A DNA stretch of 64,000 bases, taken from assembly GCF_006345805.1 (NCBI RefSeq), contig NC_043017.1, positions 11,966,001-12,030,000 of the forward strand. The letters run 5' to 3'. The notes under the pieces were generated by a model. The model made no database searches. It saw nothing but the letters and a program-made list of their open reading frames with translations, and had not been told where the DNA came from. The DNA comes from Octopus sinensis. Lineage: Eukaryota. The translations under genes and the position numbers were made by a program. Shown piece by piece: positions 1 to 11,794 of this stretch (its first letter is position 1; the number at the start of each line of letters is the position of its first letter).

Positions 1-58
1 ATTGTGATCAGCGATGTGCAGCAACATCTGATGGTCTGGTCAGTCACGTGATCACGTG

Positions 59-89
<31 letters not shown>

Positions 90-2012
90 ATATATATATA
101 ATATATATATATATATGTATATATATATTAGATTGCACTATATTTTATTTTAACCCTATTTCAGAGTATTGAGTACTTTGTTACATGCTGAAATATGTAT
201 TAAGAGATTTATATGTGTTTGTGCATTTATTTATGTGTGCATGCACAAATATGTGTGTGTGTGTATGTATGCACAAATATGTGTGTATGTGTGTATATAA
301 CATAACCACAAAAATGCAAATACACACATGCAGACATGTGTATGTGTGTTGGCGGGGTAGGGGTGTTCCACGTGTTTGAAGAAATCACTCAAAAATGTGG
401 AGCAGATGGTCAAAGAAAATATTGCGGCAAAAAGAAAGAAAAAAAAACTAAGAAAAAAAGAAATGTATAAATATATATAAAAAAAAAAAAGAAATGAAAA
501 ATTATTGTATTAACAGCTTATCACATCTTCCCTAAAATTGTTTCCGTTTAGGTTTCCTGTCCAAAGGAACACCGAGTGAATAACTGTGTGTGTGTGTGTG
601 TGAAAGGGAGATAGAGGGAAAGAGCAAGGGAGAGAGAGAGAAAGGAGAATGAAGGAGGATGGTGACACTGGGGAAAAAATCTTCTGACATTAGGCAAACA
701 AGCGTTTAAAATCTGGAAAGATGACCATTTATTTATGAATATCTTAATTGTGGGGGGGGGGATTTGGTAGTTGGTGGGGTATGAGGTGAGGGTCTTGCCG
801 AGGTCCAGAAAGAGGAGGGCAGGGTATGTATGTGTGGTGTGTGTGTGTGTGTGTGTGTGTGTAAATGTGGAAGGGAGCAGCTAGAGGAGGATGTGGATTT
901 TCTTAAACCTCTGCCTGTAGTGGTGATGGAGTTTGTGGTGGAGGTCGTGGTGGGGGTGGTCATTGTGTGATGAGATGGGTTGGAATGTATTTAGAAAGAG
1001 AAAGAGAGAGAGAGAGAGAGAGGCAGAAAGGCTGACTGGACAGTGGGTGTTAGAATAGACATGAACCTGGTCAGTTGGAAGGGAAAAAGAATAGGGATAA
1101 ATAGGGGAAGTGAAGTGGAATGAAAGGGAAAGGAAGAAAATGAGAAGAGGGGGTTTGTGTATCACTTTGTAAGACCTGCATTTTGTGACCAACTTCGAAT
1201 GGATTAAGATTTCTACAAGACATTGGCATTAGGTAGAGAAGAAGAATGGTGGTGGTGGTGGTGGCATAGGGTATTAAACAGAGACGAGTGGTGATGGTCG
1301 CTGTAGTTTTGTTGTTGTTATGGTCATTGTTGTTTAGCCCCAGGTGAGTCATAATTGACTCGCTCCATCATCAAACGCATCATAGCTCTCTGACTCTCAC
1401 CTCTTCTGTGGAGTATCTAAGCCTACTTTATCTAATGTCCTTTCCTTTTAAGACTGTAAAGTATTATTTGGCTGGTATTTCAAGCAATCTGGGGGACCAC
1501 ATACAGGCTTATGCATGCTGATGTTAGTGTTTGTTGAAAGTAGGTTGTTGTGTAACGACCCCCTATGAGCCCTGATTGAGGAAACTTATGATCAAAAGCA
1601 TTCCAATGTGACCATCCCATCTTTTTCTGATGTATGAATACCATCACCACAACAACCACAACTTATATTAACAACCACTAATACAACTACTACTACAACC
1701 ACAACTTCTATAACAACCACCAATACAGCAACCAACACTACCATGTTGCCTAAATCACCCCTACTTCAAATCACACTAAGTGGTGTGGCTTTTATGTCAG
1801 ATTTAGCTGCTATTTCTGGCTGGTCGAACAACCTCATAGAGCCTGGATTGGAGTGTTTTTGTTGGTAGTAGTCATGATGGGGTGGAGTAGCATTGAGGAT
1901 TGGTTTTACGGCTATGTTGACGGTGGCAGGAGTATTGCTGTTGTGGGGGTGGTAGCCAGCCTTGCCCACCCCATCGTTTTCACAGATATTGTGCATGTAT
2001 GTATGTATACAG

Positions 2013-2091
<79 letters not shown>

Positions 2092-2644
2092 GTAAAGGGT
2101 GAAATATAATTAATTTAATAAAATTAATAAATTTCACCTAGTAGTTTTTTCGGTATGAAAATGACCATATTTGGTAAGGATTATATTAATTATAATAAAG
2201 GGTTAATGTGGTTTTGAGCAACTTGTTGCAATTAACCCTTTATTATAATTTATATATATATATATGTGCATGTATGTTTGTATGCATATATAGGTATGAA
2301 TGGTGTATGTTTATATTCAAGGCCACCTTAACCAATATGTCCGTTATCAAACAGCAGGAAGATTTGGCTGCTATTTGTAGCAGCTCAAACAGCCACATAG
2401 AGGCTTCCTTTAATTGTTATATAAGTTGTTGTAACCAAAGTTTAAAGGCCTCTACTTTCCGCGACAAAAAGGAAAAAAAAACAACCTAAACAATACGTGA
2501 AGGATGTTTTAGAGGGAAACAGTTCTAGAAAGTTCTAAAAATGTATAAACATCACAATTTGACATTTCCTGCCTTTTGAATTGTTTCGTTATTCTTTTTA
2601 ATTATATTTATTCTTTTTTTTTCTGATTAAAGCAAAATGTTTTC

Positions 2645-3020
2645 TTTTACTCTTGTACTCTTTTACTTGTTTCAGTCATTTGACTGCAGCCATGCTGGAG
2701 CACCACCTTAATTGAGTAACTTATTCTTTTGTAAGCCCAGTTCTTATTCTATCGGTCTATTTTGCCGAACCGCTAAGTAACAGGGACATAAACACACCAG
2801 CATCGGTTGTCAAGCAATGCTAGGGGGACAAACACAGACACAAACACACACACGCATATATATATATATATACGACGGGCTTCTTTCAGTTTCTGTCTAC
2901 CAAATCCACTCACAAGGCTTTGGTCAGCCCAAGGCTATAGTAGAAGACACTTGCCCAAGGTGCCATGCAGTGGGACTGAACCCGGAACCATGTGGTTGGT
3001 TAACAAGCTACTTACCACAC
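2645..3020 (-). mobile_element. SINE family A, near full length (tRNA-like head, CORE-like segment, microsatellite linker, tail)
   Basis: Reverse complement matches the copy at 20971-21378 along its length; pol III B-box-like GGTTCAGTCCC in the head. Confidence 0.9.
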
Positions 3021-3426
3021 AAATTTCCTTTCTCCTTTTTTTGTTTTTCATTTTTGTCAGAGATGTTTCTTTATACACCATTGCTCTCTCTGGATATATG
3101 AGGATTTCAGTTTAGTTTGTGATGACACTGATGATGATGATACAAATATGGAGATAGATAAATTGATCGGAGACCTTATGGTTTCATTAGCGGCTGATAA
3201 TGAATGATAACAATGCTAGATGACCACAAAAGTGGTCAACAAAATACAACAATGCATTCTTATTTGGTGATTGATCAGCCAAGTTGACCACATGAAGCAA
3301 GCAACAACTTTTCTCGTGCATTCATTTACATTTTTTTTTTTGGTGCTGCTTTCTATATTTATTTATTTACCTTTTCCAAGCAGTTTTACTCTCTCTGCAC
3401 ATGTTGTTTTGCTCCTTTATTTGCTA

Positions 3427-3985
3427 GGCAAGTGTTTTCCACTATAGCCCCAGGTCCACCAAAGTATCGTGAGTGGATTTGCTAGATAGGAACTGAAAGA
3501 AGCCCATATTATATATATATACTAGCACTATGACCCGGCGTTGCCAGGTCATAGTGCTAGTACATGCATATACAGCTGCATGCGTGCGCACATACACGCG
3601 AGTACTATCCAAATCTCTGACCAATCACATACAGCTAGCTGACATTCAATTGGCGTATCAAGTTACGGGCATTTTGATTGGGTTTTGGATAGAAAATTCA
3701 CAAAAAAGTCACTTCTATTGATTTTTTAATGGCTTTGCAGGGGTGACTGAGGAAATGTAAAGATGTGCACGACCATCCTTGGACGGTTTATAATGACCAT
3801 AGAAAGTGCAAGCCCTCTAACTGAAAAATTGTGGATTTGTATAAAAGACACACACACACAGAGACATTTTGCCATTTATATATATATGCATACGTGTGTG
3901 TTACAGTCTTCTTATCTTGATGCTACATAATAATTGTAAACGAGTGTCACCATCATAAAAGTGGGGTGGTTTTATGCCTGTTGCA
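3427..3985 (+). mobile_element. SINE A-head/G-tail, interrupted by a Helitron-like insert in its central (TA)n
   Basis: Head fragment 3427-3510 (ggcaagtg...gaaagaagccc); G-tail fragment about 3890-3985 (ttgtaaacgagtgtcac) matching 55455-55718. Confidence 0.6.
3520..3888 (+). mobile_element. Non-autonomous Helitron-like element
   Basis: Starts TACTAGC...ACCCGGCGTTGCC with a 16-bp perfect terminal hairpin (3520-3535/3547-3562); ends (CA)n-gacattttgccatttatata; sits in (TA)n with no TSD. Confidence 0.55.
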
Positions 3986-4009
3986 TTTGTTGTTGTATTC
4001 TTAGTACTG

Positions 4010-4100
4010 TTGTTTAACTGAGGTCACCATGATTGAACAAACCCTTGAATCAAAGACATTCTAGCCATGACCATCTCATTCTTTTTTCTGATATCTAAGG
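4010..4100 (+). repeat. Short dispersed repeat family E
   Basis: tttagccccaggtcagccctgattgagcagacc...gatcaaaggcattc-like motif; similar copies near 1565, 29495, 32088, 33630 (+) and 56215 (-). Confidence 0.6.
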
Positions 4101-4127
4101 CTATAGTATTCTGACGGAATCATTAGA

Positions 4128-4318
4128 CTCTCAGACAAAATGCTTTGCTGCCTTTCATCCATCTGTACATTCTGAGTTCAAATTTTGCCAAGGCTGACTT
4201 TGCCCTTCATCCTTTTGGGATTGATAAAATATGTACCAGTTATGAACTGAGGTCAACGCAATCAACTTAACCTCTCCCCTGTAACTGCTGGCCTTGTGCC
4301 AAAATTTGAAGTCATTAT
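4128..4318 (+). mobile_element. SINE family B' (older relative of B with an (ATT)n tail)
   Basis: ttctgagttcaaat...gactttgcc(t)ttcatcctt core shared with B; ends ggccttgtgccaaaatttgaa followed by (TTA)n. Confidence 0.8.
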
Positions 4319-4332
4319 TATTATTATTATTG

Positions 4333-4395
<63 letters not shown>
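4314..4395. repeat. (TTA)n microsatellite (SINE tail expansion)
   Basis: Direct reading. Confidence 0.95.
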
Positions 4396-4397
4396 GG

Positions 4398-4530
4398 GTG
4401 ATGAGCTGGTAGAAATATTATTGTGTCAGATAAAATCCTCAGCAGCATTTTTTGTGTGTCCTGAGTTCAAATACTATTGAGGATAAGTTTGCCTTTCATC
4501 CTTCTGGGATCAATAAAATACCAGTCAAAA
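4398..4530 (+). mobile_element. SINE B' partial
   Basis: gagctggtagaaat...ctgagttcaaat...gcctttcatcc. Confidence 0.7.
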
Positions 4531-5083
4531 TGCCCCTCCTCTCAAACACGTTGGCTCAGCATTGAATTGGACAGAATTGTTCATTGTGTCTTCTCCTGCA
4601 TTTAAGACGATGCCTAGTAATTTGGTGGAAGATGGGAGACTATGACTTTGCTGTTATTTCTAGAAGGTCACATATTGCCACCCTTCATAAAACTCAGTTG
4701 CTGTGTTTTAATGCGGTTTGTCTCTAAATCCTTTTATTATTCAACACGTAGTTTGCACCAAGAGACTGGCCATTGTAAAGAAGACAAAACTTTCTAGATT
4801 TTATCAAAGCACAACTGAAAGTTTGAATTTGAAATGAAAAGGTAATGAACCAACAGCACACAATGTTTCATCTGTTTTTCTTTTCTTATATATTGTAAAG
4901 ATCTGAAAATTTTCTATTGTTGGTAGCCATGAATAGTGCCATTTCATCCTTGCTTGAAATCATCTGCACAGCGTAAACCACGGCAAATAAAGTACCCGAA
5001 ATTAAATATTTTACAAAGCTGGACAATTCTTTGCTATTGTTTTTGTTCTTATTGTAGCTTTTTATCTGCTCTTTCTCCTTTCT

Positions 5084-5140
5084 CTTTTCTCTTTTACTTG
5101 TTTCAGTCATTTGACTGCGGCCATGCTGGAGCACTGCCTT
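5084..5140 (-). mobile_element. SINE A 3' tail fragment
   Basis: ttttacttgtttcagtcatttgactgcggccatgctggagcac, matches other A tails. Confidence 0.85.
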
Positions 5141-5189
5141 CACTATTTTTGCAATTATTTTGCATTATTTTTTTGTATTTTATTTGCTC

Positions 5190-5348
5190 CGGCATGGCTG
5201 TTTGGTAAGACGTTTGCTTCCTAATTACATGGTTCTGAGTTCAATCCCACTGTGTGAAACCTTGGTCAAATGTTCTCTACTATAGACCTGGGCTGACCAA
5301 AGCCTTGTGAGAGAATGTGGTTGATGGAAGAAACAGAAAGAAGCAAAA

Positions 5349-5379
<31 letters not shown>

Positions 5380-5380
5380 G

Positions 5381-5415
<35 letters not shown>

Positions 5416-5870
5416 TTGTGTGGTTTGTTTCCCATCACTGCTTGACGACCTATTTCTTTACTACCCACAAGGGGCTAAACACAGAGAGGACAAACAAGGA
5501 TAGACAGACAGATTTAGTCGATTATATCGACCCCAGTGCGTAACTGGTACTTATTTAATCGACCCCGAAAGGATGAAAGGCAAAGTTGACCTCGGCGGAA
5601 TTTGAACTCAGAACGTAACGACGGGCGAAATACTGCAAAGCATTTCGCCTGGCGTGCTAACGTTTCTCCCAGCTCGCCGCCTTCTTGACACTTCTTGACG
5701 CCTTCTTCACTGCTTGACAACCGGTGTTAGTTCATTTATGTCCCTGTAACATTAGTAGTTTGGCAAAAGAGATTGACAAAATAAGTGGAATTGACTCAAA
5801 ATGTTCCTTCGAGGTGGTGCCCCAGCATGGCCACAGACCAATGAATGAAATGTGTAAAAGACAAAAGATG
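5190..5870 (+). mobile_element. Older SINE A copy split by a nested SINE B
   Basis: Head 5190-5350; tail resumes at 5707; 12-bp TSD tcactgcttgac at 5435-5446 and 5707-5718. Confidence 0.75.
5449..5683 (-). mobile_element. SINE family B, full length
   Basis: Reverse complement aaggcggcgagctgg...ttctgagttcaaattccgccgagg...gcctttcatcctttcggggtcgat...aaagaaatagg; nine similar copies in the window. Confidence 0.92.
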
Positions 5871-5917
5871 TTGTTGCTGCAATTGTCCTCGCTTACCGAC
5901 GCATTATGACATTGCTG

Positions 5918-5949
<32 letters not shown>

Positions 5950-6408
5950 ACTCCCCCGTTGTAGCTGCACTCATGCAGAACCTAATTACATATCCTATTT
6001 ACCCTTTATTTCTTCCCAGACAAAAAACGTCCCTCCTTATAATAGATCTAATTTAAAATAAATAACCCTCCACGTCTATGCACTGTACTGCCCGCTTCAC
6101 CAATCGCTCCATTGACTGGACATCGTTTTGTTATCATTTGCGGATTTTGTTTTCCTAATCAACTGGAAATAAAAAATAAATAAAAAAACACTAAAACGTT
6201 ATATTTGTTTATATTATTTTTGTACTGTGTATGTATTTTATAGTTTTGTAGATATTTTTCATCTTTTTTTTTTTACTGTTTTAATTGCTTATTGATTGAG
6301 CAATTGAGTTCGTCTCTAAATAAACAGTCCTTATGTTTTATCTCAGGAGCCGAGCTTTAGTACTTCGCTATGCTAAATACAGTGAGTGGCAATGTCCTCT
6401 TAATTGTG

Positions 6409-6637
6409 GTTAGTTTAGTTAGTTAATTTTTTGGCTCGAAAAGCAAAAAGCAAGGCCATGTAGGGGGACATGGAGTTATGTACAGGGTGGTGTTCATGTA
6501 AAGAGTTCAGGCCACTTGAGGTCAAGGGAGACTTTGAACAAAGCGGTCGTCGGCATCTTCACCATCTCGTCTGGCAGCTTATTCCACGGATCCGCAACCC
6601 GGACGGAGAAAGACCCTCTCCTTCGATTGAGATATTA
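6409..6637 (-). mobile_element. CR1-clade LINE 3' end (ORF2 C-terminus, 3'UTR, (TAAC)n-like tail)
   Basis: 6634-6494 translates YLNRRRGSFSVRVADPWNKLPDEMVKMPTTALFKVSLDLKWPELFT*, matching the CR1 F-S-x-R-V-x-x-x-W-N-x-L-P...F-K-x-x-L-D motif. Confidence 0.85.
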
Positions 6638-6655
6638 AGTATATGTATATGAAGG

Positions 6656-6722
<67 letters not shown>

Positions 6723-7335
6723 ATGTAGATGTGTGTGGATGTGTGTGTCGAAAAAGATTAAGTTGAAACAATCACTCCCAGCATTTATTTCTCAAGTCTT
6801 GTACTTTATCTATCAATTTCTTTTGCTGAGATGCTAAGCAATGGGGACATAAATAGACCAACACCAGTTGTTAAACAAAGGAGAAAACAAACATACACAC
6901 ACACACTCACAACACACACATAATTCAAATAAGAAGCCAGAGAAATAGGTTTTTGTCTCATTTGGATTACATTTTTACCCTTCACTAAACCCACATTTTG
7001 ATTTTACTGATGTGACACCTGGATTTTCTATACCTGAAAGATTTCAATCTTTTTTAAGGCAGCAAATCAAGAATGTAGATAGCTTAAAGCTTGGGTTGGG
7101 TGCTAAATTGGAAATACCCCATCTTTGTACCCTTCCAAGCCCTTAATGTATATAATAGGCTTCCATACAGTTTCCCTCTACTAAATTCACTGACAAGACA
7201 TTGGTTGGCCCAGGGTTATTATAGCTGCTGCCCTGTACAACCAAACAAACAAGCTTCATAGCCACAGAGATATGCCTGTGCCTATAGACGTATATATAAA
7301 TATACATACATACACACACTCTCACATACATACAA

Positions 7336-7369
<34 letters not shown>

Positions 7370-7499
7370 ATGTTATATATCTATATATATATAATGTGTG
7401 TGTGTGTGTGTGAATAATGTTCTGCAGTTGATTATTTTCTTTTTTTTATTCTTGCTTTTGTATAGAGGAAACTGTTGACTTCATCCATACTTTAACAAT

Positions 7500-7681
7500 C
7501 CTTCCCCCTACTTCACTCTGTCCCCCCACTTCGCACTGTCCCCCCTACTTCACTCTGTCCCCCCTACTTCGCACTGTCCCCTCTACTTCACACTGTCGCC
7601 CCTACTTCGCACTGTCCCCTCTACTTCACACTGTCCCCCCTACTTTGCTCTGCCCCACCTACTTTGCTCTGTCCCCTCTAC
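7500..7681. repeat. 21-22 bp minisatellite, about 8 copies
   Basis: Unit ccc(c/t)ctacttc(a/g)c(t/a)ctgtc repeated in tandem. Confidence 0.9.
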
Positions 7682-8087
7682 AAAAGATGGGAACGATAGT
7701 TGAGTGGAGAGTGGAGAGCTGCAACAAGCTAAATTAATGTTCTTTGTTCTCTCGTTAAACATGTTTATAATTAATTCAAAGAACAACTTCCCTCTGACCG
7801 AGCTACTGGGTCATGGTCAATAACAGCTCACCATGTCACTTAAATCAATGGAAAGCAATGATCAGTCCTGTTGGATATTCCTTCTCAGAATTTATCAGTT
7901 TCTTAATTCACAACTCATAATAAATGTGGTGTTCCAGCATGGCCACAGTCCAAGGACTAAAACTATTTGGAGAAGGTTGAGAGGAGAATAACCCCCCAAT
8001 GTCTTGTCTTCATTTAAATCATTGCAATTACTATAATTATTAACTATTGTTCATTATTTACATTTTGTTGTTGTTCTTATTACTATT

Positions 8088-8320
8088 ATCTGTTTCTTTA
8101 TTACCCACAAGGGGCTAAACATAGAGGGGACAAACAAGGACAGACAAACGGATTAAGTCGATTACATTGACCCCAGTGCGTAACTGGTACTTAATTTATC
8201 GACCCCGAAAGGATGAAAAGCAAAGTCGACCTCGGTGGAATTTGAACTCAGAATGTAAAGGCAGACGAAATACGGTTACGAATTTCGTCCGGCGTGCTAA
8301 CGTTTCTGCCAGCTCGCCAG
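8088..8320 (-). mobile_element. SINE B
   Basis: Matches the B consensus. Confidence 0.92.
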
Positions 8321-8354
8321 ACCTGTTCTTTTTTTCTCCCAAGGCTCTACCAAT

Positions 8355-8590
8355 ACCTATTTCTTTACTACCCACAAGGGGCTAACACAGAGAGGACAAA
8401 CAAGGACAGACAAACGGATTAAGTCGATTACATCGACCCCAGTTCGTAACTGGTACTTAATTTATCGACCCCGAAAGGATGAAAAGCAAAGTCGACCTCG
8501 GCGGAATTTGAACTCAGAACGTAACGGCAGACGGAATACGGTTACGAATTTCACCCGGCATGCTAATGGTTCTGCCAGCTTGCTGCCTTA
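8355..8590 (-). mobile_element. SINE B (tandem with the previous copy)
   Basis: Matches the B consensus. Confidence 0.92.
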
Positions 8591-8734
8591 TTACTATTAT
8601 CATCATCATCATTACTACCACCACCACCACCACTATCATCATCATCATCATCATCCTTATCATCATTGTTTGGCGTTATTTTTCTATGCTTGCATAGATC
8701 AAACAAAATTTATTGTGTTTATTGCTGCAGAATT

Positions 8735-8860
8735 TCTATGGCCAAATGACCCATTTGTTGTCAAGTTTCACCTGTTTCCAAAAGCAGGGATATTTCTCTG
8801 TGACCAGACATGTTTTTTGCAGAAGATTGGAAATGAATGACACTCATAAACTACAATTAT
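8735..8860 (-). mobile_element. SINE G-tail fragment
   Basis: cacctgtttccaa...gaccagacatgttt...ggaaatgaatgacac shared with 12225-12470 and 53190-53460. Confidence 0.65.
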
Positions 8861-9016
8861 TGTTAGCATGGTCAACAAGATCAGTCAAGATCTAGATGAG
8901 ACGGTTCTAAGTATTTCATTTACATTTCTTTTTACATTTTTAAAATGGGTGTTTCTATGTGAGTGTACACACACACACACATGTACACACACACACACAC
9001 ACACACACACACCACA

Positions 9017-9047
<31 letters not shown>

Positions 9048-9434
9048 CACAACACACACATACACACACACACACACACAGAGTTTTGATGCAATAAACA
9101 GGACCAGAACTTTGTACATGAGAATATTTTGTTTCATACTTTTAATTGGCAGAAATTTACAGAAGGAATTAAATGGCTGAGGGTTTCATGCATGCCATTT
9201 TTTCCTTGGGGCTGGCCAGATTGGAGCAATCTCGAGTAGAACCAGCTTAAATTGCAAAGATAATCTGGAACTCGACTGAGGATAGAAAACTCTGAATGAC
9301 CCGTCCTGTTTTTCCTTATATCGTCTGTCTGGATGTTTTGTTGTCTCTTTTTTGTATCACCTGTCTAGATGTTTTGCATTCTTGTCCCATTTTTGTATTT
9401 TTTATATATAAAATATAGCAGCGTATGTACACTT

Positions 9435-9680
9435 TGGTCCTCTCTCATGGTCATGAAGCGAGCATGATCCGCTGGATGTGTAATGTCAGTGTGCACACAT
9501 GACAGTGTAAGCACCCTGAGAGAAACGTTAGACATAAGAAGCATTGGATGTGGCATGCAAGAGAGACGTTTGCGTTGGTATGGTCATGTACTGTGGATGG
9601 ATGAGGAGAGCTGTGTGAAGAAGTGCCACACCCAAACAGTGGAAGGAATCCAGAGTAGAGGGAGACCGAGGAAGATGGTG
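9435..9680 (+). mobile_element. RTE-clade LINE, decayed ORF C-terminal region
   Basis: HEASMIRWMCNVSV / SVSTLRETLDIRSIGCGMQERRLRWYGHVLWMDEESCVKKCHTQTVEGIQSRGRPRK with one frameshift; RLRWYGHV and RGRPRK are RTE hallmarks. Confidence 0.88.
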
Positions 9681-9922
9681 TAAAAAGCACCATCCAAATG
9701 TGGCCAATGCCAGTGTCGACTTGACTGGCTTCCATGCCAGTAGCACGAAAAAAGCACCCACTACACCCTCAGAGTGGCTGGCATAGGGAAAGGCATCCAG
9801 CTGTAGAAACACTGCCAGATCAGATAGGGGTCTGGTGCAGCTTCCTGGCTTCCCAGACCCCAGTCAAACCGTCCAACCCATGCCAGCATGGAAAACGGAC
9901 GTTAAACAATGATGATGATGAT
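9681..9922 (+). mobile_element. Family D (probable RTE LINE 3'UTR end, (TGA)n tail)
   Basis: ...ggcatccagctgtagaaac...aacccatgccagcatggaaaacggacgttaaacaatgatgatg; directly follows the RTE ORF. Confidence 0.85.
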
Positions 9923-10008
9923 GCATATATAAATGCATATATCAATCTATCTATCTATCTATCTACCTATATATAATATATATATATATATATTATATAT
10001 ATATATAG

Positions 10009-10039
<31 letters not shown>

Positions 10040-10102
10040 CTATATATATATATATATATATATATAATAACATATATATATATAGAATATATATATATAT
10101 AC

Positions 10103-10133
<31 letters not shown>

Positions 10134-10147
10134 ATCTATATATATAT

Positions 10148-10328
10148 TATCATCATCATTGTTAGCATCCGCTTTCATGCTGGCATGGGTTGGACAGTGC
10201 AACTGGGGTCTGGAAGCCAGAAGGCTGCACCAGGCCTAGTCTGATCTAGCAATGTTTCTACGGCTGGATGCCCTTCCTAATGACAACCACTCCATGAGTG
10301 TAGTGGGTGCTTTTTACGTGCCACTTTT
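10148..10328 (-). mobile_element. Family D copy
   Basis: Reverse complement of the D tail. Confidence 0.85.
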
Positions 10329-10899
10329 ACACCATATATATATATATATATATTATCCCTTCATTTCTTTTGTTTTAAAGGTTTTTATTTATTTCCATTT
10401 TATCTTCCACAAACACCTGCCAACCCCAAACCTTAATAACCAACCAAATCTGGTGCCATCTCATATATTTATCATTTCTATTTGATATAAATTTCCTCTA
10501 TTATTTTGTTAGAAAATCTGCTGCCATTTTAGATATTCTGTGATATTCTGTTAAGACCAGTTTGCGAATGAATATTAAAAAAAACAAAACAATGGAAAAA
10601 AAGATAACACGATAATGCCAGAAAGAGTATTTCCGATGATTACTTTGGGACAGCTTGTTCAAAGGAAGGATGTGGTTTGTAAAAGTTTGAAAATTATGAT
10701 AATGATGATGAGGATGATAATAATGTTGCTGCTGCTGCTGATGATGATGATGATAATTATAATAATAATAATCATTATCATCATCTTTCTTGGAAGTAAC
10801 TGGCAGTTACATCAGCCGCAATGTTTGTGTTTGATTTTTCCTTTACCATAATTAATCTCCCATTACAGCAACACCCCACTACCCCAGAAATCAACCCCG

Positions 10900-10992
10900 C
10901 CACCACCACCACCCCACCACCACCACCACCACCACCACCACCACCACCACCACCACCACCACCACCACCACCACCACCACCACCACCACCAC
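10900..10992. repeat. (CCA)n microsatellite
   Basis: Direct reading. Confidence 0.95.
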
Positions 10993-11545
10993 TTTCTCCA
11001 TGATTTGTTAGTGTGTTGGTGTATACATGTGTGCGTGTGTGTGTGTGAGGCAGAGGTGAAGTTTATTTGCTCTCCAACCCCCCACTCCGAAGTACAACAG
11101 CCATGGTGGTGGTAGTGGTGGTGATGGTGGTGGTGGTGTTGGTGGTGGTGGTGGTGGTGGTGTTTTGGGGTGATGCATAGAGACAGAATCGTTGTGGCTA
11201 ACACCATATAATTTTGGAGCATTTAAAGGTAACAATTAGGGAGTTACTTCGTGAATGGGAGGAGGGCAAAGAAGGGGAGAAAAGGCACGCAGTGGGAGTA
11301 GTAGGTATAGAGTGGATAATAGTAATAATTGTGGTGGCGTTGGTGGTGGTGGTGGTGGTGGTGGTGGTGATGATGATGGTGGGGGTTGCAGTGGTTGAAG
11401 TGTTGCTGTTTTGATCTACTACGCCCTTCTTCTAACATGCACACACACACATATGGCTCTACTACCACCACTACTAACACCATGACCTCCACCACCAAAA
11501 CCACAACCATCATCCAACCCCAATCACAAAATGGTTACTGGCATT

Positions 11546-11779
11546 AAGGCGGCGAGCTGGCAGAAACATTAGCACGCCGGGCGAAATGCTTAGCGGTATT
11601 TCGCCTGCCTTACGTTGTGAGTTCAAATTCCACCGAGGTCGACTTTGCCTTTCATCCTTTCGGGGTCGATAAATTAAGTACTAGTTACACACTGGGGTCG
11701 ATGTAATCGACTTAATACCTATGTCTGTCCTTGTTTGTCCCCTCTGTGTTTAGCCCCTTGTGGGTAATAAAGAAATAGG
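11546..11779 (+). mobile_element. SINE B, full length with TSD
   Basis: 13-bp TSD ggttactg(g/a)catt at 11533-11545 and 11778-11790. Confidence 0.93.
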
Positions 11780-11794
11780 TTACTGACATTTCCT

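Noticed and set aside
1331-1348. Consensus splice donor ccag/gtgagt
   Set aside because: Derived from the family E repeat head by point changes; no upstream exon
4886-5143. 85-aa ORF with a hydrophobic stretch
   Set aside because: Its start lies in a SINE tail; no splice framework or recognisable motif
9275-9320. Hammerhead at CTGAGGA...GAAT...GTC
   Set aside because: GAAA is absent and stems I and III do not pair
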